Assembly (NCBI GenBank): GCA_048128005.1
Contig: JBEUKZ010000061.1
Span: forward strand, 1-64,000
Source: Veleropilina oligotropha
Taxonomy: Eukaryota
Direction: 5' to 3'
DNA length: 64,000 nt
Shown: piece after piece, positions 16,367 to 32,304 of the stretch
Layout: the number at the start of each line of letters is the position of its first letter
Position numbering within the stretch: position 1 is the first letter of the stretch
Notes under the pieces: model-generated
Seen by the model: the letters and a program-made list of their open reading frames with translations, nothing else
Databases searched by the model: none
What the model was told of the DNA's origin: nothing
Made by a program: the position numbers and the translations under genes

Positions 16367-19300
16367 AAATATATACATTATAAGTGAAATAATGGTGAAT
16401 TTATTTTAAACTTGTGTTTTCAATATTACACATTGTTAGCAAGAAATATATTTCTTGTTTATAGTAGTGGGCCTTTCGAACTCATTAATGAGAAGAAATT
16501 CTATTGAGCTGTGTGTTTATGGAGGCTGTAATTACTATGAATTAGATTAGCACAATCTGCCCAAGGCAGATGAAGTCTTAAAGATATTTGTATGGTACGG
16601 TCACCCTTGGCAGAGTTCAATCAATTAAATGACCATATCAGTTAGGTACCATCAGTTACTACTCCTGTCATTAAAGAACACAACAAATGATTGGCTTAGC
16701 AATCAATGTTCATTGACCAATCAAAGAGAGTCACACATGTGGCTGTTCCCTTACATGGAAACCCCCCTCCCCAGGACACCTTTATGAATGGAAGAATTAA
16801 ATATGAATGTAGGCCACCTATTTACAGCAAATGCTGACATTCCCTCAATTGTAATCCCCTGGCCGGACAAAATTTTGCCCAAAAGCACAATGGCATGCTT
16901 AGACGATTGAACAAACCAAAGGAAATAATGTTGGCATGTAGAAGACCCGAGATCTAGCCCGGACAAGAAAGGTGAGGAAGAAAGAGGAGAACGGAGTGCA
17001 AAACAATAAGTCTCTCCCACCCTTCGGATGGGGAGACAATTATGACAAAATTTTGGATATCAGTAGCATATCCACACACAAACTGCTCCATAGGTGACCA
17101 GGTGGTTAAATCCACATTCTGATTGATGCGTGCTTCAACTGTGGATAGTTCTCCCTAACAGTTTATAAGATTCTGTACTGAATCAGTCTAGTTTTACAGC
17201 CACATTATTTACAAGTTTAATGGTAGTAACCTTGGTTTCAGGTTTCCTTTCGAAAGACGGGTAAGAGGATTTTAAGCCATCGCTTCTATTAGTATGAAGG
17301 TCTAGAGTACGCCACACCAGTGGGGAATCAAACCCACATCCTGCCCTCACATTTTTGTTTTTAAATGATCTACAAGCCGAGTTATTGAGGATAGTTTGAA
17401 TATATCAGAATAGAATTATCACATTGTGAACAGTTCCACCTTATGCACCAACACGAACAATGGTGTTTATCAACTTGGCTAACAATATTATACACCCCAT
17501 CTCGTGCAGATATCGTGACGCTGTGCCCTAGTCGTGGTTATCACTTGATTGCAAGGAATTAAATAATAATGATATTTGATAGCAATTATCTCTGCGAAAT
17601 TGATAAAAGTGAAGAAATTACTTCATATGACTTGAAACTTTATTATCAAATAATGAATTAATACATGTGTAAGTACAAAACTACCTCTACTGACAGAGCT
17701 ACATCCCAGCACACAAAAGTAGCACTAGACGCATGAAGCACGTAGACTTCAAACATGCTTATCAAAGACAGAACACAGGAACAATAACTCTATAATTATA
17801 ATTTTACAACATTGTACTAGATATATTTCTTAATTCATGAAAGCAGAATTATATTATTGACGAATAATAAATTAGTCAAACAAAACCAAATACGGAAAAT
17901 TGTAAATGCAAGAATCGAAGAAATTATTTGTTACTGATACCATATCAGTCATTTCGTCAAATTTATTTGAGTTTCATCTCTTAGTCGCTGATTCCTTAAA
18001 TTATGTAAAACTTGAGGTAAAATATTAACATTTATTTGATTTTGAATTGCTGTTTTCTACCGATAAACAGTCATGGCATTGTCGGCATATATCTTGGACG
18101 AAAAGCTCAGAATATGTGCATGTGAGGAGAGCTCAAATTATGCGACATATCGTGGGTGGAGAACTCAGAATGTGAGACATATCATGAGACAAAAACTTAG
18201 AATATAAAGTCTGACACACCCACTTTCGCCATAGAAGGATAAATCTGATTTGTCTTCAACAATGCACTCACACTTTCGAAACTGCAAATCACTGAGACAA
18301 CAGAAACAGGAGACCGTAACCAGAGACCCAAGATCTCGCTTAAATTGATTTGTTCCCTTAAAATTTGATAACAACATTAATAGAGTTGTCTTCAAAATCA
18401 AATTATGTCATTGCACTGCAAAAACGAAAATTTTAGAAAATGCATCAAATACCCAAGTCTGTTTTTGACATCAAAACTTTTGCTTGTTTCCATTTTAAAA
18501 GTAAACTTAACAATTTCATACAAACGTTTACAATTTCATACAAGGTAAAATAAATTCTCCAATTTTATAAAATAATCAAGCACTTTTTGTGTTTCCCCGA
18601 TGTGTACGTCGTACAGCAGTAGCAGGCTACATATAGCAAACATATATACACACATATGTACAACTACAAATATATATTATGAAGATATACAAACATTGTA
18701 AATGAACAGTCAACATAAATAACAAGAAATGGCAACGCAAGGCTACAAAACTATGCAATACACTGGTGACCTCTATAATCAAGACAATGCCTATGACTTA
18801 GCATGGTGCAAAAAATGATATATAAAAAATGTCATAGATTTATACATAAATACGAGGGCTGTCATCATGCATCGCCTTATAGATCAAGTGTTTGTTGCAA
18901 TTGAACCATATACCAGTACATGTGGTTAATGTTACAAAAGTTCATGTACATAGTTTAAATAAAAATAAATTTAAGTACTGTTTAGATCATAGTTCAGCAC
19001 CAGATCATTTCATGTTGTCAATCTTCTGTATTCATGTTGCTAAAACAAACTTCATACCATTCAAACAAGGCAGCAAAACGAACACACAATTTATTTTCTG
19101 TCACAGCCGATCAGTGTGGTACAAATGGTTTCATTTGCATTTACATGACGAGTGTTCAAGAAATGTACATTTGGTCATATGATGAAGTATGTGCATCTTG
19201 ATTTAAACTTGCACTTTAAATTAAGTTAACTTCTTCCACGTTTATAAAGAACTAATTACGAGAAACAAGTGCATGTTTGAGTAGAAGAATTGATATCTAA

Positions 19301-21526
19301 GAATGATATAAATGTATACAATCATTTATAAATTATAGATCACAGAAAATAGCTATTATACATTTATTAACAAAGAACAATAAACTATCGTCACCAATAC
19401 TGTTCATAACATATAAGCTACTGAACAATGTATATGATATAGCAAATAACAGCACACAAAATGTGGTCACTATTAATAAATCTGAATATTTTTCATTGCA
19501 TATATAAACAGTTGTCTATCTAAAACATCAAATAATGACATATATTGTAAATAGGACAGCAGTATGCCAGTAATACAAAAGTACAACAACGAATCTTCTC
19601 TATAAAGTATCATTTGGCACATTAGATATATTTTCACTGAGAATGTCAAATATTCGCTTTACCATATTATACAGGAAATTTGTTGCATTAAACATTATTT
19701 CAGCATATATACATTTCATTGTGAGGCTGATTCAGCACTGCAAATTCTATTTCTGTTTTGGCAGATTTGGTTGCCCAAGGCAAAAAAGCACACATTTATA
19801 AATAATCAAAATAAACTGCTTGCATGTTCATAACTATGGCACATATCTTGTTTCATCTTTACATAGCTCCACACAGTGTTGCGCTTGGCAAAAGTGCAGT
19901 GGCATAAATTAAATTTTAGAAAATGCCAAAAAGATGTCATGCTTGTTATGCCTGGCAGAGATTGCTAAATGATGTTAGAATTTTTGCAGGTAGCACAATG
20001 ACAAAATTATTTTAACAGGATGTCAGTTAAGAGACTTGGTGCATAGAATTCATGTTTATTGCAAAATAAATATCACTGCACATTAGACTATCAAAAATTC
20101 AATGGGCGTATGCCCTTCCACAGCAGTTATTTACAATCCGAAAAAGACCAAAATCGTTAGACGTCGTGACCTCATCATACCTAATGCCCATATAAAAAAA
20201 TAAAGCAAATTGGATTTTAACTATTCCCTGTAGAGCACACACAAGAAATTTCTGCAAATGCGGCGATAGAACAGAGACAAAAGCTTAGTATCCCAGACTA
20301 TTGTCCAGGGATACAAGTAATAAGCACTATCTTGGCACCAATTGTAGTCACTAGGAGAAATTGTGCAACAGAAGTATATATACTGGTGTGAATTTCGTCG
20401 TCATGGAAACACAAACAATTATGAGTGGGATGCAAAGTGTATAAGTTAGCACACTACAGAATATCCTCCACAAACGTAGCAGAAGGAATACATTTTTCCT
20501 AGCACTAAAATTGAACAATACAAGGTAAAAACATGGATAATATTGTGTTTTACACAATTGTAACCGAAATCAGATATTCAAATAGTACTTAATAGGTACA
20601 GTTATCTTAGGTATTTAAATGTTGGTCTGCGACTTTCGCGATCATGGTGTTTTCTGTGACTACGTATAACTTTGTTATGTAATCACGGACTGTTTTAATT
20701 AGTGACAACCCAGTATTTCAAAGCTAAATATGTTTCACTGTGATAAAATGAACAGTATTTTTAATATAAATTTAGCATTTGACAGACGTACCAAGAACAT
20801 GATCTATAAGATTTACATTTGAAGAACATTTTTCTAATTTTGAATCGTTTCAGACTGCATATTGGAATTAATAAAAAATACAATACACTTTCAGAAGCTC
20901 AATAACCTTTTCATAGTTCTATTAAAAGTAAATATATGTTATATTACTGTAGAATCAATGTGCTTGCTTTGTGTTTAACCCTTTAGCATTCAAATTGGTA
21001 TTTTCAATCCACGAATTATTTTCAATGTACAGAATTTTCATCATTTATAAATTGGGCATATAGTCAAATCACAATTTCAATTGATGCTGGAAATTAGATA
21101 TTGCTGTTCTAAGATGCAGTGAGAACAGCATCGACCAATGTGAATCCTGAAGGGTCAACAGTAGATTTGGCAATTAAATAGATTGTATATGATGAATGTA
21201 TGTATACATGAATGCATGTATGTATACATGATCATTAAATAGCAGGATATGAACTGTTATGAAGTATTAAAATTTAACGTTACTCACGGGTCCCCTTTGA
21301 ATGCAATGACGAAAACCAAGAGTATGATACAATCAGATCTACAATAATCGATGGTCAAGGAGATTTATAGCTTTATAGCCAATCGTCTGCCTGGGTGAGA
21401 TTTGCTGCGAGGCTAGTATGATTTAGTCATACCCAAATTGGAATGCTTATAGCACGATGATGAGACTTAGTCCACTATGGGATGACAACGTGTCGATGAA
21501 ACAGCGAGCGGCGGCAGCCATGCGCA

Positions 21527-22054
<528 letters not shown>

Positions 22055-22147
22055 TTAGTGGAATGAAAATGATACCGTTATTAGCATTCCACTTTCCTGA
22101 CAACGTATCCATGGCACAGTGTTACGTTCAAACAGATTAACACTGTG

Positions 22148-23166
22148 CCACCTGACAGGTATACAAAGTCCTGTCCCTCCCTCCACCTGACAGGTATACA
22201 AAGTCCCGTCCCTCCCTCCACCTGACAGGTATACAAAGTCCCGTCCCTCCCTCCACCTGACATGTATACAAAGTCCCGTCCCTCCCTCCACCTGACAGGT
22301 ATACAAAGTCCCGTCCCTCCCCCCACCTGACAGGTATACAAAGTCCTGTCCCTCCCCCCACCTGACAGGTATACAAAGTCCCCTCCCTTCCTCCACCTGA
22401 CAGGTATACAAAGTCCCGTCCCTCCCTCCACCTGACAGGTATACAAAGTCCCGTCCCTCCCTCCACCTGACAGGTATACAAAGTCCCGTCCCTCCCTCCA
22501 CCTGACAGGTATACAAAGTCCCCCTCCCTCCCTCCACCTGACAGGTATACAAAGTCCCCCTCCCTCCCTCCACCTGACAGGTATACAAAGTCCCGCTCGC
22601 TCCCCCCACCTGACAGGTATACAAAGTCCCCCTCCCTCCACCTGGCAGGTATACAAAGTCCCGTCCCTCCCTCCACCTGACAGGTATACAAAGTCCCGTC
22701 CCTCCCTCCACCTGACAGGTATACAAAGTCCCGTCCCTCCCTCCAACTGACCCGTCCCTCCCTCCACCTGACCCGTCCCTCCCTCCACCTGACCCGTCCC
22801 TCCCTCCACCGGACCCGTCCCTCCCTCCACCGGACCCATCCCTCCCTCCACCTGACAGGTATACAAAGTCCCATCCCTCCCTCCACCTGACAGGTATACA
22901 AAGTCCCGTCCCTCCGTCCACCTAGTCCCGTCCCTCCCTCCACCTAGTCCCGTCCCTCCCTCCACCTGACAGGTATACAAAGGTCCCGTCCCTCCCCCCA
23001 CCTGACAGGTATACAAAGTCCTGTCCCTCCCTCCACCTGACAGGTATACAAAGGTCCCGTCCCTCCCCCCACCTGACAGGTATATAAAGTCCCGTCCCTC
23101 CCTCCCTCCACCTGACAGGTATACAAAGGTCCCGTCCCTCCCCCCACCTGACAGGTATACAAAGTC
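22148..23166. repeat. GC-rich intronic minisatellite, ~34 bp unit ccacctgacaggtatacaaagtcccgtccctccct
   Basis: About 30 tandem units, some with internal deletions; a degenerate copy near 23290-23322. Confidence 0.95.
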
Positions 23167-24155
23167 GGAGTATATAAATCCAAAGAAACTTTCCCAAACA
23201 ATATATTCTGGACAGGGCGACTCCAATATACTCTCCGAACTTTGTTACAGGGGGTATAACTAGAACTGCTATCCAGAGGACAACTGATACTCCCCTCCCT
23301 CCCCCAACTGACAGGTATACAAATTCTAAGAACAGAAATCCAAAGAAAATTTCCCCCAAAATATGTTGAACGAACATTGAAAGGGAGATAACTTTGTGCG
23401 AACAGACAAGGATATTCCAATATACCACCATAACGAATAATGTCGACTTATTTTTGATGACAGTAATGTTGTTACACCTTCTTATGATAGCTATCTTGAA
23501 TGCGAAAATGTCCAAATTGTTGGGCATGTCTATTTTGGATAATTCCAGTGCCAGAACTTTGGTTTAGCTGATCCGATCTCACTGGTTATCGAACTTTTCC
23601 AAGATCTGATTGATGCAAACTTCTTTACTTAGTTTGGTGAAGAATGGATGAATAATGCTTGAGTATCTCGAAGGCAAGTTAATTTCACATAATTGTCGTA
23701 ATAACAAATGTGCATATCAAATTTGAGGCAAATCAGATTGTAACTGCTGTAGAATGCACATAAGAAATCTGTACAGACGTGGCTGAGGCTAAACAGAAAC
23801 AAAAGGTGTTTGGCATTGTGGCACTTGTCCCCCGCTAATGTTATTGAGCGCATCCATGGTGCCAAAATTAATGTATCGGTACAGAGCCTTCTGTGACAGG
23901 AAAATGTGGTAAAATGAGGTCGGTCTATGAACCAAATATAAATGAAATTTATTCTGCCTTGAGATATCGCACCAACAACATCTGAATGAGCGAAATTGTA
24001 AAGCGCATCCTGTGACCTTGAAAATAATGTCAAGATCATCATAATCGACTGGATGAACGGAGTCGAATACAATAGTCCTCCTGCTTCATTTGCATCGGCG
24101 GACTAAAAACATAATATCCCAGACTATTGTCCGGAATATAATTAATTAATCCTCA

Positions 24156-24446
<291 letters not shown>

Positions 24447-24724
24447 TCATGATCCATGGTTAATTTTCATATTGCATATTATGAATTTTAAATATAACAG
24501 TGATCTCTGTACGATTAGTTTATGAGAATTGAAAGCAAAGTTAATGCTTTAATCAGGTTTCTGCCTACGGTGGTCGACACCGGTCGCTTGTAACTGACAC
24601 TCAACTTTGGGACCGTCATTAAACTATGCAACGTACAAGTCAACCATCACTATTTTGTTTGATACAAATAAAAATAAAATGTCTCCGATAAATATATAAA
24701 TGATATAATCGCGTGTCACTACAA

Positions 24725-25432
24725 AACTAGCTAATCCTCGACCCCGCAAGTCGAGGGGATGTATCCCCTCCCAATGGAAGCCAATTTTAAATCTGAAAAC
24801 GACGAAAATGGTGAAAATCGATAGGCGTCGTGTCCTCACCATCCATAACGTGTATATCAAATCGGATAAAAACTCAGTTCACAGTAGAGCGCACACAAAA
24901 AATCTGGTCAGACAAAATGGCTGCCACAACAGCCATCTTGAATCTGAAAATGACAAACATCATTACATGGCGTGTCCTCTTTATAACTAATGTGCATACC
25001 GAATTTGAATCAAATCGGATTCAAACTTTTCGCTGTAGAGTGCATAGAATAAATCACTTCAAACAAAATGGCTGCCACGATGGCCATCTTGAATACAAAA
25101 ACAACGCAAATCATTATACGACATGTCCTCATCATACCAAACATGTATATCAAATTTGAAATAAATCGGATTATAACTTTTCACTGTAGAGCGCACACAA
25201 GAAATATCTCCAAACAAAATGATCACCACGGTGGCAATCTTGGATCTGAAAACGACAAATTGCTAGGTGGCGTGTCCTCATCATAACTCATGTGCATACC
25301 AAATTTGAATCAAATTGGATTAGAAGTTTTCACTGTAGAGCGCACACAAAAAATCTCTGCTGCGGACGCGGCAGCGGCTGAACGATGACTAAACCATACT
25401 ATCCCCCGAAATGTTAAATTTCAGGGATACAA
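24725..25432 (+). repeat. Helentron-like tandem-repeat element
   Basis: aactag start; ~120 bp units with tgtagagcgcacac; terminal atccccc...gggata hairpin. Confidence 0.6.
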
Positions 25433-26431
25433 TAAACACATTGTTTATTCCTAAATGTAATATTTCTCAGTTATTAACCTAACACTAACATTGCGCGACT
25501 CCATTATTCTTCACAAAACATAACATTATTCTTCACAAAACATGAACATTCCCATAGTGACAGAATGTTATGAAGGATCCGACTATGAGGATTATTGGAA
25601 GAAGTAGCAATGTGCGCAATTTTGAGAAAATATTACGGTGCTGGATTTTGAGTAAATATAACAGTGCACGATTATTTTAAACATTCAGCGAGTAATTTAC
25701 AAATGGATGACATTGTTCTTGAGTAAATCAAATTTAACATTTGAAATAAATTATATAATCACCAGCATACATTTATTATTAATTCCATATAACATATCAT
25801 TTTCATCTTCTTAAGTTCTTATAATAAATTTCTCAAAAAGAAAGTGATAAATAGTTAACACTGAAAAATATTACTGAAATTTGCAATGGTTATGATAGGT
25901 TCAAATCAGCTAAAATGCCAGGAGAGGGAGGGCTTATAAGAAAAATATATCCGGCACTCACAAAAGACTACGCAGAACCCTGCAAAATCGACCAGTGGAT
26001 CCGTGCTATCTGTGTATACTGTTGCTACAGTCACCATGGATTTTTATTACAAAAGTTACTACGATAACAAGGTAACTTAGGAATGGTAGGTCAATGGGGT
26101 TAGCATACCAAATAAAATGAAGCGGACTTAAATAGACGCCGAGATCGAGTTCGAACAACTCTGCTCACGATGACAATACCTGCTGCCTTTTTCCGGTTGG
26201 GATATAGAGCAAACATGGTGATATTTTGTCTTGTGTGACATTGGATGGCCTTTATGAAAAGACTTCAAAATTACATTAATAGTTCAAATTCTTTGCACGC
26301 ATGATCACGACCTCACCTCGATGAGGTGAGATTTTTTTCCGCAAGAGAACTCGCTATGACTTGGAAATGTCCAACTGATCGTTACTAAATTCATGTACCA
26401 TATTGCTGGACCTTGTCAAAGAGTACCATAC

Positions 26432-26578
26432 CTGGTGGTGTTCCGATGTTGGTGTCCATGGGCTGTGGTTGGGCCGGGGTGCTGCCATGCATGTTGCTTC
26501 CGCGGCGACTAGCCGATGGGCCATTATTATTCTGGGAGCTCTCTTCCTGAGGCTGGTACGCAGGGGGCGGTGTATCGG
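26432..26578 (-). CDS. SMAD1/5: Smad1/5 linker exon with PPAY motif
   Basis: ADTPPPAYQPQEE...QPMDTNIGTPP; AG/GT boundaries, 147 bp, phase 1-1. Confidence 0.93.
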
Positions 26579-26593
26579 CTGAAACAAATGCAA

Positions 26594-27654
26594 ACTAGAG
26601 CTATCACAGGAGTGCCCCCACGGAAGCGTTTGACTCAGGAACAGGCTGTTGCATACACACATGAAGTTTCATGTCCCTCAGTCAAATAGTATAGGAGATA
26701 TGGAGCGAAGGGAATTTTAGACTGAATGCGGTCAAGTGTGGAAAGTAGGTCACGGCGACCTACTTTCGGTACGTGACATACCGTTCAGTTATGACGCATT
26801 CACATATGAAGTTTCATGTCCCTCAGTCAAATAGTATTGGAGATATGGAACGGAGGGGAATTTTGGACCAAATGTAGTAAATCATGAAAAGTAGGTTGCA
26901 GCGACCTACTTTTGGTATGTGACACCTTTGGGTTATGACACATGAAGTTTGGTGTCCCTTGGTCAATTAGTATGGAAGATATGGAGCTGAATGCAATTTT
27001 GTATTCAGTGCTCAAGCATGAAAAGTAGCTCGTGGTGACCTACTTTCGGTACGCGACACACCTTTGGGTTATGATGCATGGACACATCAAGTTTCGTGCC
27101 CCTCAGTCAAATAGTATGGGAGATATGGAGGAAGGAAATTTTGGATTCAGTACAGTCAAGTATGAAAAGTAGGTCGTGGTGATCTACTTTCGGTACGCAA
27201 CACACCTTTGGGTTATGACGCATGCACACATCAAGTTTCGTGTATCTTTGTCCATTAGTATGGAAGATATGGAGTGGAAGGGAATTTTGGATTCAGGGCA
27301 GTCAAGCATGAAAAATAGGTAGTGGTGACATACTTTCGGTACGCGACACCATTGGGTTCTGATGCATGCACACATCAAGTTTGGTGTCCCTCGGTCAAAT
27401 AGTGTCCGAGATATGGAGCGGAAGGGAATTTTGGATTCAGGGCAGTCAAGCATGAAAAATAGGTCGTGGCTACCTACTTTCGGTACGCGACACACCTTTG
27501 GGTTATGGCGCAAGCACACATCAAGTTTCGTGTCCCTCGGTCAAATAGTGTCCAAGATATGGAGCGGAAGGGAATTTGCAACATACCGCCAGACAGACGG
27601 ACAAGCAGACTCCTATATGCCCCCCCCCCCCTAAACTTCGGTTGTGGGGGCATA
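26594..27654 (+). repeat. Helentron-like element with ~120 bp tandem units
   Basis: actagagctatc start; repeated gacctactttcggtacg; 3' atgccccc...gggggcat hairpin. Confidence 0.65.
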
Positions 27655-27747
27655 AGAAAACGTCACTTGTCGTTATTCTCACATCATGAAATTGCCAAGA
27701 AAAGTTTTTGTTTGGATCCATGCTTTAATTTCAAACCACATATAAGA

Positions 27748-28515
27748 GACAAGAGTGCCAGGTCACAATATACTCTCGTTTCAATGTTCTAAAGATGTCA
27801 TGAGCCAATTGTTTGCAAAATAATGAAGCATTTTCGCATGAAATGTGGTGAATTATGGATGAAATTTGACAGTCGTGAATCAGACTGTAGAACATCAATT
27901 TTCCATAATTTACAAAATTCAAGAGTCATAACTCTGGTTCTAATGGTCCAATATCGCTGCAATGAATATTGCTTAATTTCTAAGAACATGAAAAACAATT
28001 TTGCATATTTCAATGGTGATACCTTTAGTTGTAATGGTCCGATGAGGTTGGCTATCCAAATTGACCTAGATATTATCGCTACAAACATCTTTGCCAAGTT
28101 TGGTGAAGAATGAATAAAAACTGCTCGACGTATTGAGCGGACACGGTGTATTATGTGAATTTTGCATATTTCATAACTCTGACTCTAATGATCTGATGAT
28201 GCTGGATATCGAAATTAACCTAGATATTATCGCTACAGGCATCTTTCTCAAGTTTGGTGAGGAATTAATACAAATTGCTCGAGTTATCGAGTGGACACTG
28301 TGCATTTTCAATTTTCCATATTTCAAGGGTCATAACTCTAGTTCTAACAGTCCGATGCTGGCTGTCGAACTTGACCTCGATATTATCGATAGAGACATTT
28401 TTACCAAATTTGGTTAAAGTTTGGATGAAAATTACTCCAGTTATTGAGCGGACAACTGCTATCCGCCCGACCAACGTGGGAGAAAACAAAATACGTACCG
28501 TAAACGGGCGTCAAA
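27748..28515 (+). repeat. Helentron-like repeat element
   Basis: acaagag start; units with cataactct and aagtttggt; terminal hairpin cgtaccgtaaacgggcg. Confidence 0.5.
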
Positions 28516-28639
28516 TAAACCAAATTTACAAAATAATCAAGCATGAAAGATCATTTTATCTGAAGTTTGAATGCCACACAGGTTTGCACTGAAACTCATT
28601 TACTATTATAATTAGTAGTCTAGGGGAGACAACTCTTAC

Positions 28640-28810
28640 CTGGAACTCCGAATGGACTGCCTGGCCCGGAGCTTGCGGGCGAGTGTTGCTGGAAGTTGTG
28701 TGGATACGTGACATTATGCGGCATCAGGGGCTCCGGAGCGGAGTGGAACGGCGGCATCGGACCGCCAGCCGGGAACTCGCTGTAGCGAGGGACTAGAACG
28801 GGAGGAAGAA
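28640..28810 (-). CDS. SMAD1/5: Smad1/5 exon: end of MH1 and linker
   Basis: VLPPVLVPRYSEF...HSPASSGPGSPFGVP; AG/GT boundaries, 171 bp, phase 1-1. No upstream MH1 exon found in the window. Confidence 0.93.
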
Positions 28811-30259
28811 CTGAAAGAAGACGAGAATATCACATTAATTAGCGAGAGACAACGAGTGAAAGCCATGACATGTTGCTGCCACAGAAACATTCATAACGCA
28901 CAGAGAAATCAATCCACATTCAGACCCTCATGAAGTTCCAAAAGTCACAAACTACAAAGCCATCAATATCCCCCGCAATGGTACATATGAGTCAAAATTA
29001 GCTAAGGCGTCATAAAGTGTAACACGAAGCCCAAAATTACGCATGTTATTTTGACGGACACATATGACGACTTCCACACAAACTAGAAAACAAGCCATAT
29101 TAATAAATGCAAACTGAGCAAAAATGATTTATAATAATGATTTAGCATTCATCTTTCAAGCAAAACAGGATATGTTTTAAAAAGTGGATAAATAAATCTA
29201 TTGTGAACAATTTAAAAGAGGAATGTTGGAGATACTTGCTAAACCCTTCGATTTACAGCGTTTCATCTGGACTAGAATAACGAGTCCATACAAAGAGTTA
29301 CAAAAATATACGATAACATATTCAGTATGCGATACAACGTCGTAAAATCAAGACATAACCTTGCATCAGCTAAGTTTCCCTGTCTAGACGCATGTTATTT
29401 TGACGGAAACCTTACGCACGTTAATATTGTCGCACGTTAATTTTTTTGACGGATACTTCATATCGTGCCTTATGTCGTCATTACTGCCGTCTTCAACACA
29501 AACTGGTTACGTATTCCTCTCAGTGTGACGAAATCTAGTCTTCTGAAAGATTATATGTGACGTAGTGTTCATTTGCCGCCCGATATTAGCATAAATTTCG
29601 CACGTTATTTCCTGACAGAAAATGTAGGAGTTTTTTCAAAACTGTTCAATGATAATAAAAAAACGACACTGGGTAAAATACAAGTTATGTAATGAAGAAA
29701 ACTGGTTTCGACCTCAGTTCATACCTATACCGATTATTGTCTGACTCTTATATGATTATAAGCAGCAGCGCATTGACAGCTTCAATTTTGACAGACACGA
29801 TAACGTGCGCAAGGGCCATTTTAAAAAATGTTATTAATTCTAAAGACGATGCTGAAAATGCAATTAATTAACGTTAGTAAGAAGCTTTTGATTAATACTT
29901 CGCGTCAAAAGGGGGTACAGTTTTACTGGTTACAGACATGTGCGTCCGTAGGCAGTTATGCAAGAGGTGCACAAGCATGTTACAAAATACTATGCCAAAA
30001 ACGACATTATAAAACATATTTTTTCTTTTCTTTAATTGAAGGGTTAAGTCTTGTTGACTGATACTATTTATATTATCTCTTGCATTATTAAATTAATGCT
30101 TGCCATTAAATTTTATTGCATATCTTCAATATATTCTTATTTAGAGGGGCACGATCACACAGTCTACACAAATAACGCCTTAGCTAATTGTGACTCATAT
30201 CGAATCACAATAATAACTATATATGCTCCATGTTCTTGAAACAATATCGTTGATTTAAA

Positions 30260-31250
30260 TAATACCAAGGGCAATAACTCTGCCATTAATCATGATGCCA
30301 TGTTAAAATTATGAAAAGGCACCAGTTAACCAACTACTAAATACACCCACCAAGTTTCGTAATGATAAGTCAAGCACTGTATGAGATATAGTCGGGAATA
30401 ACAAAATTAAAGCAAGGCCAATAACTCTGTGAATATTTGACGTACAATGTCGAAATTAACGAAAGGCATAAGTTCAACAACTGCTTAATACACCCACCAA
30501 ATTGCGTAAAGTTATGCCAAGCGGTTTATGAGATACGCTTCGGAAAGGAGAACAGTAACAAATTAACAACAAGGGAAATAACTCTGTTTATGATCACCAC
30601 ACAACGTCAAAACTAGCAAAAGGCACCAGTTCACCGACTACTTAATACATCCAGCAATTTCGTAAAGTTATGTCGAGCGGTGTATGAGCTATGCTCTGGA
30701 AAAGAGAAATTTAACGAATTTAGAAGAAGGGAAATAACTGTGTTAATAATAGCGACACGACGTCGAAACTAGAATAAATCACCAGTTCACAGACTACTTA
30801 ATATATCCAGCAAGTTTCGTAAAGTTATGTCAAGCGGTGTATAAGCTAGGCTCCGGAAAAGATAACATTAACAAATTTAGAACAAGGGAAATAACTCTGT
30901 TAATAATAGCGACACGACGTCGAAACTAGCAAAAGTAACCAGTTCACCGACTACTTAATATATCCAGCAATTTTGACAAATTATGTCGAGCGGTGTACGA
31001 GCTGTGTATGAGCTATGCTCCGGAAAAGAGAAATTTAACGAATTTAGAAGGGAAATACCTCTTTTAATGATCGCCGCACAACGTCGAAACCAGTAAAAGG
31101 CACCAATTCACCGACTACTTAATATATCCAGCAAGTTTCGTAAAGTTATGTTAAGCGGTGTATGAGCTAGGCTCCGGAAAAGAGAAATGTAACAAATTTA
31201 GAACAAGGGAAATAACTCTGTTAGTAATAGCAAAATATTTTGCGGGGATA
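30260..31250 (+). repeat. ~160 bp tandem repeat array (Helentron-like)
   Basis: Repeated agggaaataactctgt...ccagttcaccgactacttaata...aagttatgtc units. Confidence 0.75.
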
Positions 31251-32304
31251 ATAAGAAAACACAAGTTTGTACACAAATTTGGTGAAAAAATTAAGGAAAC
31301 AAAATATAAAAATGCCCAAATATGGAAAGTTTGGCCAAAGTGTTAGCGCTATGCATCTACATAGAAATTAGAAGGCAACAATTTGAAGTCTCCGAGAACC
31401 AGCCCAGACACGATTTGGGGATCAAGGTCATTACGGAAAGGTTTACGGCCATTTTGGGGGGTTAGCATGCCAATAGAAATCATGCTGGCATGTACAGGAC
31501 ATAAGATCTAGTCCGGATAAAGTCTGTGTCAGAAAAGTATGATTTGACCTTGACCGAACAACAAAACTGAACATTGTTATACAATGTACTGACCCTCAGA
31601 GAACCAGGCCGGACACCATTTGGGAGGTCAAAGTTCATCAAGGTCGAAGGCCGTTTTCCGAAAATTTCCCCGTCTTGCACAATAGCGTTGGGTTAACATA
31701 CCAAAGGAAATCATGCCGCCATGCATAGGACCCGAGATCTAGTCCGGAGAAGCAGCGGAAGGAGAACGCTGATTAAAACAATATGTTTCTCCCACAACTC
31801 GAAGGGGAGGGTGAGAATCACAATATAATTATTGTATGCAAAAACGATGAAAATCATTTGGGGTACTCCGCCGGTAGTGACCTTATCATCATAAACTACA
31901 GTAATGTGAATACAGGGTTCGTACAAAAATGGTCACACGAAAGTAAAGGACTTGGCAAAAACTTTTTTTCAATGCAAATCAATAAAAAAAGGACGTGATA
32001 AATGCAACTTGGAACAGTTATAATTATAAGTGCATGAATAAATGGTGCGACTTCAGTGCACTTTCGCCCATTTTAGCAATGTTGATCGTTTTGTTGCACA
32101 ATGTTTGTGCGTTTTTACTTCTCGTATCTACGATGCATATTCCACCTGTGCAAGCCACTTTCTATTAAAAACGTAGGACTTTTCAAGGTTATTTTCAAAT
32201 TCAAGCACTTTTCATTGTAGATTGTCAAATTCAAGACCGACATACAATATGCCGTAGGGATATGCCATCTATTAGTTTTAAGCGTTAGCAATAATAGAAT
32301 AGCA

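Noticed and set aside
22055..23527. Long ORFs and CRISPR-like periodicity over the minisatellite
   Set aside because: Units are tandem with no unique spacers and no cas genes; the ORFs are open in all three minus frames only because the repeat lacks stops
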